DNA of 64,000 nucleotides from an uncultured Desulfosarcina sp. (lineage in GTDB: Bacteria; Desulfobacterota; Desulfobacteria; Desulfobacterales; Desulfosarcinaceae): NCBI GenBank assembly GCA_963674945.2, contig CAXXWQ010000003.1, forward strand, positions 2,080,001 through 2,144,000. The letters are read 5' to 3'. The notes under the pieces are model-generated. The model was not told the origin of the DNA. It saw only the letters and a program-made list of their open reading frames with translations, and made no database searches. Shown piece by piece: positions 37,045 through 47,787 of the stretch (positions are counted from its first letter, which is position 1; each line of letters begins with the position of its first letter). Made by a program: the position numbers and the translations under genes.

Positions 37045-38352
37045 TTAAAAATGTACATTAAAACCTACGGCAATTCCATGCGTATTCGAACTAAGTCTCT
37101 GTGTGGATCCAATCGGGCTTTCATGGTTTACGACTTCATGGTTCCAACTGTATAGATATGCGAAAGTTACATCGAGTGTTGGTTTGAAATAGTATGTTGC
37201 ACCGAGACCATACGTTATTGCGTCAATTTTGGCGCTTATGTCGGATTGTAATTCGTCAGGAAGTCCTTTTTTCGAGTACAGATAGCCGATGCCCGCAAGC
37301 AATTTGTCCGGAATTACTGCGTACTCGAGTCCAACACCAGCTTCCCATCCATTCTCGATATTCGGCCCCCTCTCATCCGACCAGTCGGTTCCTTCGTTAT
37401 AGTAGAAGATGAAACTCGTCTCGACTCTCCACCTCGGCGTAATATCATAAGACACACCAAACGCAATATCCTGAGGAATTGTATTATCCGCTTTTTGTCC
37501 ATCACGCTCCGCAAACTGACCATAAAGATCCTTGCCGTCATGAATCTTTTGTTCCAACTCCATTTTCGTATAGTACGAATAGCGAAGACCGATATTCAGG
37601 GCTTGCGTTGGCATGATATTCGCTCCGAAAATAACACCAAGGCAGTCACCGGACAGGCTCATATCCAGTTCTTCGGTAGGCTGCGCCATACCATTGAGAA
37701 ATGGTGTTATCGTGGCGGTATTACCGCCGGTGGTGTAGACATACCGCAGTTGACCGGCAATGGAAAAGATGTCGTTTACAGCATACGCCGCACCGATGGA
37801 AAGGCCGGCACCAACAAAATAGCCGCTAAATTCCGATGTAACGTCTAAACTTTCGATTGGAATTCCCTGCTCCGATGCCGGCAGGTACGCCCCAAGCATG
37901 GTTCCCGCAAAATCGGAAAATGGTATTCCATCGTCGTGTGTTCCGGCACCGCCACCGGTCATGATATCGAAACCGAACATATAAGCCATGTTCTCTTTTT
38001 TCTGGACGACATGAAAATTGGGAAACACCGGTGACAATACGTATGAATTAAAATCTTCACGCGGTAACAACGGATTGTCATCGTTAAAGTTATAATATTT
38101 GAAAAACGCCTGATTGCTGAATCCGATATGGGTGCCGTCCGCCAACTTCGCCGTCCCTGCAGGATTGAAAAATACGGCATCGGCATCGGTCGACGCATAC
38201 CTGTTCAATGTTCTAACCCATTCGGCACTTTGGTTATTGTTGGAAACGATACCGCCGGCGCCAGAAGCAAAAAGGTCTGTCGTGAAGAGTATTGTTGTCA
38301 TCATTGCTGCAATTACTATAAATCTTCTCAGTAGCATACGACTTCTCCTCAA
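37045..38352 (-). CDS. OmpP1/FadL-family outer-membrane transporter
   Basis: Signal peptide, NNNQSAEW.R, DADAVFFNPAG, amphipathic beta-strands, terminal F. Confidence 0.8.
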   Translation of the reverse strand: MRRSRMLLRRFIVIAAMMTTILFTTDLFASGAGGIVSNNNQSAEWVRTLNRYASTDADAVFFNPAGTAKLADGTHIGFSNQAFFKYYNFNDDNPLLPREDFNSYVLSPVFPNFHVVQKKENMAYMFGFDIMTGGGAGTHDDGIPFSDFAGTMLGAYLPASEQGIPIESLDVTSEFSGYFVGAGLSIGAAYAVNDIFSIAGQLRYVYTTGGNTATITPFLNGMAQPTEELDMSLSGDCLGVIFGANIMPTQALNIGLRYSYYTKMELEQKIHDGKDLYGQFAERDGQKADNTIPQDIAFGVSYDITPRWRVETSFIFYYNEGTDWSDERGPNIENGWEAGVGLEYAVIPDKLLAGIGYLYSKKGLPDELQSDISAKIDAITYGLGATYYFKPTLDVTFAYLYSWNHEVVNHESPIGSTQRLSSNTHGIAVGFNVHF

Positions 38353-38472
38353 TCATCTATTCCAGTTCCAGATACAATACAGTGGAGGCCCTTGCAGGAC
38401 GATTGCTATATATCCAACGTATTTCAACAAACAGAGGGAAGCACTGTCTGTTTCAACATGCCAATGAATTGA

Positions 38473-38961
38473 TTACGTCAATGTTGCACGGCTGCTGGCG
38501 ATGGGGGGATTCATTATTTTCAAGAACATGAATGCCATGCGTTGCATATTGGGAAGTCCTTCCAGAAGCATCCCGGCAATTTCCGTCAACTGCTCCTTTG
38601 CGGCCAAAAAAAGCTCTAATCCGCTGTCCGTCAGGCGCGTGTTTGTTATTCGTTTGTCCTGCTCATCCAAAAATCTGGCAGCATAGCCGTTTTCTACCAT
38701 CCGCCGTACGATCCGGGTGATGGTGGCGTGAGGGATCGATGTCGTCTGGCTCAGTTGCCCCATCGTCATGATCCCGTTCCGATACAGAATCCCGGCGACG
38801 CACATGAACATGAGAAAGTTTGTAGTTAGCTCGGCATTCTCACCGGATCTGCCATATCGACGTTGCAGACCATCCCCGATTGTTCCCATTTGCTCGGGCA
38901 GCATTTTGTCGATTAAACACCAGACGTCATAAAAGTCCTTGGATATGAATTGTTTTCCCAT
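38473..38961 (-). CDS. MarR-family transcriptional regulator
   Basis: wHTH TMGQLS..ATITRIVRRMVENGY..DEQDKR..LTDSG; RBS AGGAG before MGKQF. Confidence 0.8.
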   Translation of the reverse strand: MGKQFISKDFYDVWCLIDKMLPEQMGTIGDGLQRRYGRSGENAELTTNFLMFMCVAGILYRNGIMTMGQLSQTTSIPHATITRIVRRMVENGYAARFLDEQDKRITNTRLTDSGLELFLAAKEQLTEIAGMLLEGLPNMQRMAFMFLKIMNPPIASSRATLT

Positions 38962-39213
38962 ATTACCCGCTCCTAATCGTTCAAAGTTATCCCTCATGGA
39001 TACGTTCCCCCTTATCATCACGTATTTCATGTGCTTCGGTTGGAAGTTGGATTGAAAACAACATCGTTTCTGAATCGGTTGAAAGATGACGAAAATATCT
39101 CGGCACCAGACGGGAAGGGGGGTAGGATTAAGGTAACGTGCCGGGACCAAAGCGAAAGAGAACTTCAAATGAATTCCCTTTCAACTTCCAGGAAGGGTGC
39201 AGCAGTAACCGAC

Positions 39214-39253
39214 AATAAAAAAGCCCTTCATGCATTTGTTCGCATGAAGGGCT
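39214..39253 (-). terminator. Intrinsic terminator after riboswitch 5
   Basis: AGCCCTTCATGC-loop-GCATGAAGGGCT followed by TTTTTATT on the minus strand. Confidence 0.8.
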
Positions 39254-39319
39254 GCACCCAGCTTACTTGGCCCTTTACGGTTGCCATCCACCCAACCCAT
39301 CGTGGGCATGGCCAATCTT

Positions 39320-39475
39320 CAAGGCAGGTCTTCTGACTCCCGGATCATCCTACTCTCCGCGCCTTCCCACCATATATTTCCTGGCAGTGGCCTTGCGAAT
39401 TTCGTCCCCGGATACAGCGGCGGGACCGTTCCCGATTCTCACGGGATTCCCTATTAAGCCTTTCGGCACCTTCAA
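39320..39475 (-). promoter_or_regulatory. Cobalamin riboswitch 5
   Basis: Minus strand AGGTGCC..AATAGGGAATCCCGTGAGAATCGGGAACGG..GCCACTG..GGGAAGGC..AGTCAGAAGACCTGCC. Confidence 0.93.
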
Positions 39476-39691
39476 AATCTACTCATAGCAGATAAAAAGA
39501 AAATGTCAAACTATTTTGTAAGAGAGATCGAAAACCCCGTATAAAAAAAGGAGCCTTCCATGAAATGGAAGGCATCGGTTGCAACATCAATGGTTTGGCG
39601 GTATATAGTAAACTGGAAGATTCGTTAAGATTTATATGTGGCAGGATCGTCGGCTTTCCACCTTGATGCCGATTATTTGAGGAGTCCGACC

Positions 39692-40078
39692 ATGTCTGTG
39701 TTACCGAAACACCCCAAACACACGGAGGAAAAGGACCTTTTTACCTGTGACGAGCAGTCAAAAGAATCTGACGCAACCATCATCAGTGAAGCCCAACTGA
39801 TTCTGGCGGAGAAAAGAACATCCCTGGCCGCCATGCGTACCGGAATCGCCGTCTTTGCCCTGCCGCTCTCGGTACTTGGACTGTTGATCGCCACATCCCG
39901 CTATTATGACGTCCTTCATGTGCTGCACCTGATCATTCCCCTGGGTGTCCTGCTTATCGCCCTGATCGTTTTGGGTGGCTACCTGGTCATCCGTGCGCTG
40001 CGCAACATTCACCGCTACGACCGGCTGATGCACCAGCTGAAAACCTGCCATAGCAAACTGTCAAGGTTTCTGGATTGA
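39692..40078 (+). CDS. Small two-TM membrane protein (DUF202-like)
   Basis: LAEKRTSLAAMRTGIA motif; RBS GAGGAG before MSVLPK. Confidence 0.7.
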   Translation: MSVLPKHPKHTEEKDLFTCDEQSKESDATIISEAQLILAEKRTSLAAMRTGIAVFALPLSVLGLLIATSRYYDVLHVLHLIIPLGVLLIALIVLGGYLVIRALRNIHRYDRLMHQLKTCHSKLSRFLD

Positions 40079-40410
40079 ACGTCAACCGGATATCACAATA
40101 TTACCAGTACTTTTTTTATATTCAATTTCTGAGTTGCGGGACAGCATTTTTTGATAAGCTGTACTTCTGGGCCGAACGGCCAGCCACAAGACATGGGATT
40201 GAATGATGTTCGTCCTGAAATCCGGAGACTGGCAAGAACGCACATGAATCGGTCGGGGACAGTTTTGTGGGATAGCCATAACGTACTTGTTTTGTTTAAA
40301 TGTTGCTCCGAAGAGCATCTATCCCAATATTTGACAATGATGCGATCCAAAAGTTACTCTCAATCAACCTGTCGTTTGGGTTACAACCGGATAACCATTG
40401 GAGAAAGAAC

Positions 40411-42425
40411 ATGGCCATGAAACCGATTACCTCTGACCAGAATCACGTACCTTCACATTGGCGCAGGATCCAGCCGGCCTATGTGAAAAAGGACAAAATT
40501 GTTTCTGCGGATGAGGCCGTTCGCATCATTCAAAACGGGGATACGGTAGTATTCGGCGGCTTTGTCGGTGCCGGTGCTTCGGAAGAGATCGCCCGGGAAC
40601 TGGAACGGCGATACCTGGAATCCGGCAAACCCAAGGACCTCACCCTGATGTTTACCGTGGCCACCGGCGTGGGGGACAAAACCAACTGCGGACTCAACCA
40701 CCTCGCCCATGAAGGCCTTCTTAAACGAATCATTGGCGGACACTGGGGATGGCGCCCCTGATTCAGGAACTGGCAGTAAAAAACAAAGTGATCTCGTACA
40801 ATTTACCCCAAGGCGTCATCAGCCATTTATACCGTAATATCGCCGCCGGTAAGCCGGGGCTTATCTCCCAGGTGGGGTTGGGAACCTTCGTCGATCCGCG
40901 CAATGGCGGCGGAAAGCTAAACGCCAGAACTACGGAAGATATCGTCCGGTGTATTGACATTGAGGACGAAGAATATCTCTTTTATAAAGCACTTCCTATC
41001 AACGTTGCCGTCGTCAGGGGCACGACGGCCGATACCGAAGGCAACATCAGTATGGAAAGAGAGGCGTTGACGCTGGATTCACTTGCCATCGCCATGGCTG
41101 CCAGAAATTCCGGAGGACTCGTCATCGTTCAGGTGGAACGCGTCGCAAAGGCCGGTACATTGAATTCGCACCAGGTAAAAATCCCGGGTATTCTGGTGGA
41201 CTGTGTTGTGGTGGCAAAGCCGGAGAACCATTGGCAGACATTTGTGGAACCGTACAACCCATCTTTCAGTGGCGTAATCAAAATTCCATTGGAGACCCTT
41301 CCACCCATGCAATTGAACCCTCGAAAAGTCATCGCCCGTCGGGCGGCCTTCGAACTCAAGCCCAACTGCGTGGTGAATCTGGGCATCGGTATACCGGAAG
41401 GGGTATCCAACGTGGCCAATGAGGAAAAAGTCATCGATTTTATGACGCTGACGACGGAACCGGGGGTTATCGGCGGGTTTCCGGCCGGCGGTGTCAATTT
41501 CGGCGCCGGTTTGAACGCATCTGCCATTATCGACCAGCCCTACCAGTTCGATTTTTACAACGGCGGCGGGGTGGATGTGGCATTCCTTGGAATGGCGGAG
41601 ACCGACGGTACGGGAAATGTCAACGTAAGCTGGTTCGGTTCGAAGCTTGCCGGTGCCGGGGGATTCATCAACATCAGCCAAAACTCTAAAAAAGTGGTGT
41701 TTATGGGATCGTTTACGGCCGGGGGTGCGCAAATCGATATCCAGGACGGCATCCTGCGAATCGACAGGGAAGGGGCGTTCAGAAAATTCGTGCAGCGCGT
41801 CCAGCACATCACCTTCAGTGGCCGTTACGGTGCAAAATCCGGTCGCCAGATTCTCTACATAACCGAACGATGCGTTTTTTCCCTTTGCGAACGGGGGGTG
41901 AAACTCATCGAAATCGCGCCCGGTGTCGATCTTCAAAAGGATGTTCTGGACTTCATGGATTTCGAACCGATCATTTCGAAACAACCGAGACTTATGGATG
42001 CGAGAATCTTCTGCTCCGAACCCATGGGATTGAAAGACGATCTACTGAGTATTTCCCTGGAAGACCGGATCACTTACGACGCGAAAAAGAATATGCTGTT
42101 TGCGAATCTTGCCGGCTATTCGGTGAAAACGTTGGAGGATGTTCTGTCCATCCGGACGATCACCGAAAACCTCCTCAAACCCTTGGGAAAAAGAGTCGAT
42201 GCAATCGGCAATCTGGATAAATCGTTCATCGATCCCGACCTGATCGATGCGTTCTCGGAAATGCAGCAATACCTCACGGAAAAATATTACAGACGCGTCA
42301 GCCGCTATACGACAAGTGCCTTTTTGCGTATGAAACTTGGCAATGCAATGCAAAAGCGGGGGCTGCCGCCCCACATCTATGAAAGCGCAAAAGAGGCCCA
42401 GGCTTTTCTCAAGGAAGGATATTGA
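40411..42425 (+). pseudogene. Acyl-CoA:acetate CoA-transferase (YdiF/Pct family) split by a frameshift near 40748
   Basis: ORF1 ends ..GLNHLAHEGLLKRIIGGHWG; ORF2 continues MAPLIQEL..YNLPQGVI in another frame; VVNLGIGIPEG downstream. Confidence 0.8.
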
Positions 42426-42426
42426 A

Positions 42427-42854
42427 ATGGGAACCCCGATCTTTGACGCGACGCTGATCTTCATCTTCCTGTTGAGCATGATCGCATGTATAACTGCTTG
42501 TGGAGATAAGGACCGATTTCCGGTAAGACCCAAATACGGTCAGACATCGATCCGCCGGCGTTGGTTCGTGATGAATATGGAAATGTACGAGGCGGCATCC
42601 GCACGCCCTACGTCGATGTACCGATCGCCACTCTTTCCTGTGAGGGACAGTCCGGTGATACAATGTGCTTTCTCTATGGGGTAACCGAGTTGTTCGACAA
42701 TGCAACGCTAAAAACGTTATACTCGGATCACGCCGCTTACGTCACCGAAGTTGAATTGGCAACGGATGAAGCGGTGCAGGCCGGATTTTTACTCTACAAA
42801 GACGGGTAACTGATAAAAGCGGCCGCCGAAGCATCGGATATCGGCAATTCGTGA
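42427..42854 (+). pseudogene. Remnant of an exported alpha/beta-hydrolase-domain lipoprotein
   Basis: Lipobox-type N-terminus (ITAC-GD) joined out of frame to a C-terminal fragment RDEYGNVRGGIRTPYVDVP..GFLL; internal TAA at 42807. Confidence 0.6.
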
Positions 42855-42932
42855 CGTCACGATCTCTATATACCTGAGCGACCCGAAAAGGTTCGGACCG
42901 TTCCGGCGAGACACTCAATCTGCATTCGACAT

Positions 42933-44327
42933 TCAAGTCCTTATCACATCTTCTTCCACCACGAGCATTTTTTCCCATTTGCTTTGCCTGTAGCGGAGGG
43001 AAGTTACAATAAACAGAGAGGTGATGAACAGTAAGACACACATCCAGGCATAGGTAATACCCTGCTGAAATACTTCGATGCCGATATAAATGGGAAGAAT
43101 CATGACGAACAGGGTAACAAAGCCGATGCTCCACATGATAAAATGCGTATCCCCGGCACCCTTCAATACGCCCGAAAATGTCATATAAAGCGCATCCATA
43201 AAGACGGAAACCGCCACAATGCGCAAAAGAACGATGCCTGTATCCATGATAACAGCATACTCTGACGCTTGACCTTCTGGTATGAAAAGGGACAGCAGCA
43301 GTTTTGGAGCGAAGAGAAAAAGAAAATCGATGATGAATGTATAGGCAAGAAGGATGTGAATGGCACTCCACACCGCAAGTTTTGCTTCCACGGGTTGTCG
43401 TCGTCCAAGGGCCTGCCCCACCAGGGCACTGACACCGAAGGAAAATCCCATTGCCGGCATGAACGCCAGAGAATCGATGGACATGACAATGTTGCTGACG
43501 GCGAGTTCCGTTTTTCCGATCCGGCCCACCATGAAAGCGAAAAATGTAAATGCAAAAACATCTATGGTGAATTGTAAGGCACCGGGAACGCCGAATCGCA
43601 TGAGGCGGAAGAAAATACCCGCGTCATAGCGTCCATGGCGGGTCAAAAACAACTTGTGGTTCTCACGGTTGAAGATCATCAGACAAAACAAAAGGGTGAT
43701 AAGACCCCAGGATGCCACCGTTGCAATGGCCGCGCCGGTGATGCCGAGTTCGGGAAATATCCAGATGCCGTTGATCAATGCATAGTCGAGGGGGATGTTG
43801 AATGCCATGCCGATTGTATTGATGACCATGACCGGTCTGGTGATGCCCCTTCCGGCGAAAAAGCCGGAAAGGGTCTGATTGGCGATATGGAAAATCGATC
43901 CCCATCCGAGTATTTTGAAGTAAATTACCTCAAGCCTTTGAACCTCGGCGGCATGGCCGGCCAAAGCAAAGAGCGGTTCGGCAATCAGCGTCACGGCAAA
44001 GGCGGTAAGAATACCGGAAAACAGACTGAAGTAGAGCCCCTGCCACAAAGCGGTGCCGACTCTTTGATGGGCATTCGCCCCGCAATATTGAGCGATGAAT
44101 ACGCTGGAGTAACCTGCCACGCCGCCAAAGAAAGCAACGATGAGAATTATTGCAATGCCGGCCGGAGCGACAGCCGAAATGGCCTCCAAACTGTAATTGG
44201 ACAGAAACGCCCGATCGGTAAATTCCATGACGGTGACCGCCGCCATGCTCATCACCAAGGGGAAACAAACCCTTGCCACTTCACGGTAGCGCTGCTTTAT
44301 TTTCCATTCTTTCCAGAGACGTTGCAT
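42933..44327 (-). CDS. MATE-family efflux transporter
   Basis: FTDRAFL, NIPLDYALING..PELGITGAAIAT, GVLKGAGDT; about 12 TM helices. Confidence 0.92.
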   Translation of the reverse strand: MQRLWKEWKIKQRYREVARVCFPLVMSMAAVTVMEFTDRAFLSNYSLEAISAVAPAGIAIILIVAFFGGVAGYSSVFIAQYCGANAHQRVGTALWQGLYFSLFSGILTAFAVTLIAEPLFALAGHAAEVQRLEVIYFKILGWGSIFHIANQTLSGFFAGRGITRPVMVINTIGMAFNIPLDYALINGIWIFPELGITGAAIATVASWGLITLLFCLMIFNRENHKLFLTRHGRYDAGIFFRLMRFGVPGALQFTIDVFAFTFFAFMVGRIGKTELAVSNIVMSIDSLAFMPAMGFSFGVSALVGQALGRRQPVEAKLAVWSAIHILLAYTFIIDFLFLFAPKLLLSLFIPEGQASEYAVIMDTGIVLLRIVAVSVFMDALYMTFSGVLKGAGDTHFIMWSIGFVTLFVMILPIYIGIEVFQQGITYAWMCVLLFITSLFIVTSLRYRQSKWEKMLVVEEDVIRT

Positions 44328-44509
44328 CGTATTGAAAGTGAAATCGATTTGTCGTTGGATATTGTTGCTGCAATATTCGCAGTCGGCAAAATTACTCGAA
44401 TCAATCGACGATTACGATGAAAAAGTCAACTTGCGAATCTCGAACGTTGTATTCGATCATGCCAGCGCTCCATTGAATTTTTTCGGGTTTGATGCGATGT
44501 TTGGTATAT

Positions 44510-46618
44510 ATGAGACCAATTCAATATACACGTATGTTGTTTTTCCTTTTTATTTGGGTTGTACACCTGGAAATTGGCACCATTGCCTTTGCCGGTGTCT
44601 CACATGACCTGATTGTCCGCCTCGAACCGGAAATGCAGCTGCTTTCGGGGATCGATCGCATCACTCTGTCGGGTGAATCCACGCACCGGGTCGAATTTTT
44701 CCTCTCGCTCCAGGCCAGAATTCGAAGCCTTCTCGTGGACGGAAAGGAAGCCGATTTTCGAGTTTCTCACGGGCAGGTGACGATTGTACCAACAAGGGAA
44801 CATGGTGATGTCCACGCGACAGAGCTTCTGGTCGACTACGAGGCCGTGTTCGACGATCCCTTTCCCGAAGCGCCGGCCAACACCGATAACCCAGGGTACG
44901 GGATAACCGGCATCATCGGGAGAAAGGGAACCTTCCTGCTTTCCGGAGCAGGTTGGTACCCCGTGTTTCCCGATCCTCCTTCGCACCTATCCCTTATGGT
45001 GGATGCCCCAAAAGGCATGATTGCCGTCACGGCAGGAAGGTCGGGTGGACGAAAAACAAACGGCGAGCGTACCCGATCCTTCTGGGAGGTGGACCACCCC
45101 GCCGGTGACCTTTCCCTTAGCGCGGGTCCTTACATCGTGACTGAAATCGATTCCGGTAACGTGCAACTGGCGACCTATTTTTTACCGGAGACCCAGCCCC
45201 TCTCCGACCGCTATCTCGCCGCGGTCAAAAGATATCTGGAACTGTACACGGAACTGTTCGGACCATACCCCTTCGAGAAGTTCGCCGTGGTGGAAAATTT
45301 TTTTCCCACAGGATACGGATTCCCCTCCTACACCCTCATGGGCGGCACTGTTTTGCGTCTGCCCTTTATCATCGATGTCAGCCTCGGCCATGAAATCGCC
45401 CATTGCTGGTGGGGAAACGGGGTCCTCGTCGATGCCGCATCGGGCAACTGGTGCGAGGGGCTCACCACATACGTGGCGGACTACCGATTCAAGGAAATGG
45501 TCTCGGCCGTCGAGGCCGGCGCGTATCGAATTCAGTGGCTTCGCAACTATGCGACGTTGGTGAATGACGAAAACGACTTTCCGCTGTCCCAATTTTTCAG
45601 TCGAAAGGATCGCGTAACCAAGGTGATTGGCTATGACAAGGCGGCCATGGTCTTTCACATGATTCGGGAGTTGGTCGGAGAATCTGTATTTTGGGGTGCG
45701 CTTCGCGATCTTTTCGAGGATAAGTGCTTTCAACGCGTCTCATGGGGGGATCTGCGTATCGCGCTGGAAAGACGTTCGGGGCACGGTCCGTGCTGCACCC
45801 TGGAAGAATTCTTCACCCAGTGGATTGAAAGGCCCGGCGCACCGAAACTGGCACTGACGGATGTTCGCCGTTGGGAAACCAAAGAAGGCTGGAAGATCTC
45901 CGGCGTTGTCGTCCAACACCAGGACGAACTCTTTACCGTTCCCGTGACAATGACGATCGAAACCGGCAAAGGCCCCCTAATGCAAATGATTTCAATCCAC
46001 GATCGGAAGACACCGTTTTCCCTGCGCATATCATCGCGGCCAACCGCGCTTGCCTTGGATCCGGATGCGAGCCTGTTCCGGCGCCTTTTCCCGGAAGAGA
46101 TTCCGGCCTCTATCAACACGTTGAAAGGCGCGGATTCGGTATCGGTTGTCGTCTCCGAGGCAGCAGGCAATGTGGGAATGGAAACGGCGCGGATGCTGGT
46201 CCGGTCCCTTGGCCTGTCCCGGGCCGAAATATACCAGGAGACCGATGTTCGCCCCCGGAGCATTGAAGGAAACAGCCAGATATACATCGGGTTTCCCACG
46301 GATCCAACCCTTTTCCCACGAAAAAGGGGAGCAGTGACAATCGATGCAGATCGCTTTTCCGTGGCAGGCCAGACCTTTTCTACCGATACCGACACATTTT
46401 TCTGCGTCATTGAGGATCCGAAGGACAGGGAAAACGTCGTGGGGATTTTATACCCGTTGCATCCGCAATATGGCCCGCTGGTGGCCCGGAAGGCGACCCA
46501 CTATGGGAAATACAGTTACCTCGCATTTTCCAAGGGACAGAATCGGGCAAAGGGAATATGGCCGGTGACGGACTCTCCGCTGGTTGTCCGTTGGGAGCCG
46601 GCCGGTGTCGAAAAATGA
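44510..46618 (+). CDS. Exported M1-family zinc aminopeptidase
   Basis: HEIAH-x18-E (HEIAHCWWGNGV..NWCEGL), GPYPFEKF, YDKAAMVFHM; start uncertain. Confidence 0.85.
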   Translation: MRPIQYTRMLFFLFIWVVHLEIGTIAFAGVSHDLIVRLEPEMQLLSGIDRITLSGESTHRVEFFLSLQARIRSLLVDGKEADFRVSHGQVTIVPTREHGDVHATELLVDYEAVFDDPFPEAPANTDNPGYGITGIIGRKGTFLLSGAGWYPVFPDPPSHLSLMVDAPKGMIAVTAGRSGGRKTNGERTRSFWEVDHPAGDLSLSAGPYIVTEIDSGNVQLATYFLPETQPLSDRYLAAVKRYLELYTELFGPYPFEKFAVVENFFPTGYGFPSYTLMGGTVLRLPFIIDVSLGHEIAHCWWGNGVLVDAASGNWCEGLTTYVADYRFKEMVSAVEAGAYRIQWLRNYATLVNDENDFPLSQFFSRKDRVTKVIGYDKAAMVFHMIRELVGESVFWGALRDLFEDKCFQRVSWGDLRIALERRSGHGPCCTLEEFFTQWIERPGAPKLALTDVRRWETKEGWKISGVVVQHQDELFTVPVTMTIETGKGPLMQMISIHDRKTPFSLRISSRPTALALDPDASLFRRLFPEEIPASINTLKGADSVSVVVSEAAGNVGMETARMLVRSLGLSRAEIYQETDVRPRSIEGNSQIYIGFPTDPTLFPRKRGAVTIDADRFSVAGQTFSTDTDTFFCVIEDPKDRENVVGILYPLHPQYGPLVARKATHYGKYSYLAFSKGQNRAKGIWPVTDSPLVVRWEPAGVEK

Positions 46619-46623
46619 TGAAT

Positions 46624-47787
46624 TTACCGATTGGCCTTTCGATATCCAAGCTGATCCATGGCGATGATCCATTTACAGATGTTGGTGGAGCCTTCCACCA
46701 TAAAATAGGTCGGGGCATCCCGGTAGATGCGGGCTACCGGATATTCGGTTGAATAGCCATAGGCACCCAGCACACGCATGGCGTAATTGGCACACTTGTT
46801 TGCCGTTTCGCCGGCAAAAAACTTGGCCTTGGCCACATCCAGTCCATTGTTGTGCCGACCCTGGTCCTTGACCCAGGCGGCCTTGTAGACCAAAAGGCGT
46901 GCGGCATCGATCTCGGTTGCCATCTGTGCCACCATGTCCTGGTTCATCTGAAACTGGCCGATGGGTTTTCCAAACTGCTTTCGGTCGTTGCAATACCCGG
47001 TCACCACATCCATGCAGGCCTGGGACACCCCAACCGCACCGGCGGCGGCCGACAGGCGGGTCTGGTTCAAAGACCCGAATACGATTTTGGTCCCCATGCC
47101 CGGCTTTCCCAGTATGTTCTCCTTGGGAACCTTGGTGTTGTCGCAAAACACCTCGCCGGTGGGCGAGCAAAAGGATCCCATCTTGTCCAATCGGGTGGTT
47201 TTCACGCCGGTGAAATTCTTGGGTTCGATAACGAAAGCAGACAAACCCCTGGATCCTGCGTTGATGTCGGTGTACGCATAGTAGATCAGCACGTCTGCCA
47301 CATCGGCGTTGGAGATCCAGGTCTTGGCGCCATTGAGAAGCCAATGATCTCCCTTGTCTTCTGCGGTGGAAGAAATGGCCATCACATCCGACCCGGCATC
47401 CGGTTCGGTGATGGCGAAGCCGCCGATCAGATCAGCGCTGCACAAGCCTGGAATATATTTTTTCTTCAGCGCCTCACTGCCATAGGTAAATATTGTGTAT
47501 GCGCAACCCAGCACCTGCATGTTGACCTGCACCCTCAGGGAACTGCAGACACGGGCAATCTCTTCCGTGACGATCATGGCAGCCAGCCACCCCATGTCTT
47601 CGCCGCCATACGCCTCTGGAATCACCGTTCCCCAGAAACCCAGATCGCCCATTGGCTTGATGGCCTCTTCATAGGGGAAATAGTGTGCCGCGTCCCACTG
47701 ATCCACGTGGGGGGCAATTTTCTTGGTTGCAAACTCGCGGACGGCTTTACGCAACATCTCGAGTTCTTTGGAAAGGAAAAAGTCCAT
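46624..47787 (-). CDS. acd: Acyl-CoA dehydrogenase, likely non-decarboxylating glutaryl-CoA dehydrogenase
   Basis: ITEPDAGSD, RKQFGKPI, GAYGYSTEYPVAR..MVEGS..DQLGYRKANR, resembling the Desulfococcus multivorans enzyme as recalled. Confidence 0.85.
   Translation of the reverse strand: MDFFLSKELEMLRKAVREFATKKIAPHVDQWDAAHYFPYEEAIKPMGDLGFWGTVIPEAYGGEDMGWLAAMIVTEEIARVCSSLRVQVNMQVLGCAYTIFTYGSEALKKKYIPGLCSADLIGGFAITEPDAGSDVMAISSTAEDKGDHWLLNGAKTWISNADVADVLIYYAYTDINAGSRGLSAFVIEPKNFTGVKTTRLDKMGSFCSPTGEVFCDNTKVPKENILGKPGMGTKIVFGSLNQTRLSAAAGAVGVSQACMDVVTGYCNDRKQFGKPIGQFQMNQDMVAQMATEIDAARLLVYKAAWVKDQGRHNNGLDVAKAKFFAGETANKCANYAMRVLGAYGYSTEYPVARIYRDAPTYFMVEGSTNICKWIIAMDQLGYRKANR

Larger units (their letters stand above)
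39206..39510 (-). repeat. ~305 bp direct repeat, copy A (promoter + riboswitch + leader + terminator)
   Basis: Aligns by eye with 49206-49512 over its length. Confidence 0.88.

Noticed and set aside
39267..39488. Similar small plus-strand ORFs here and at 49268-49459
   Set aside because: The similarity comes from translating the antisense strand of the duplicated riboswitch.
40759..40761. Selenocysteine read-through of TGA in the CoA-transferase
   Set aside because: Homology continues in a different frame upstream of the TGA, so it is a frameshift.
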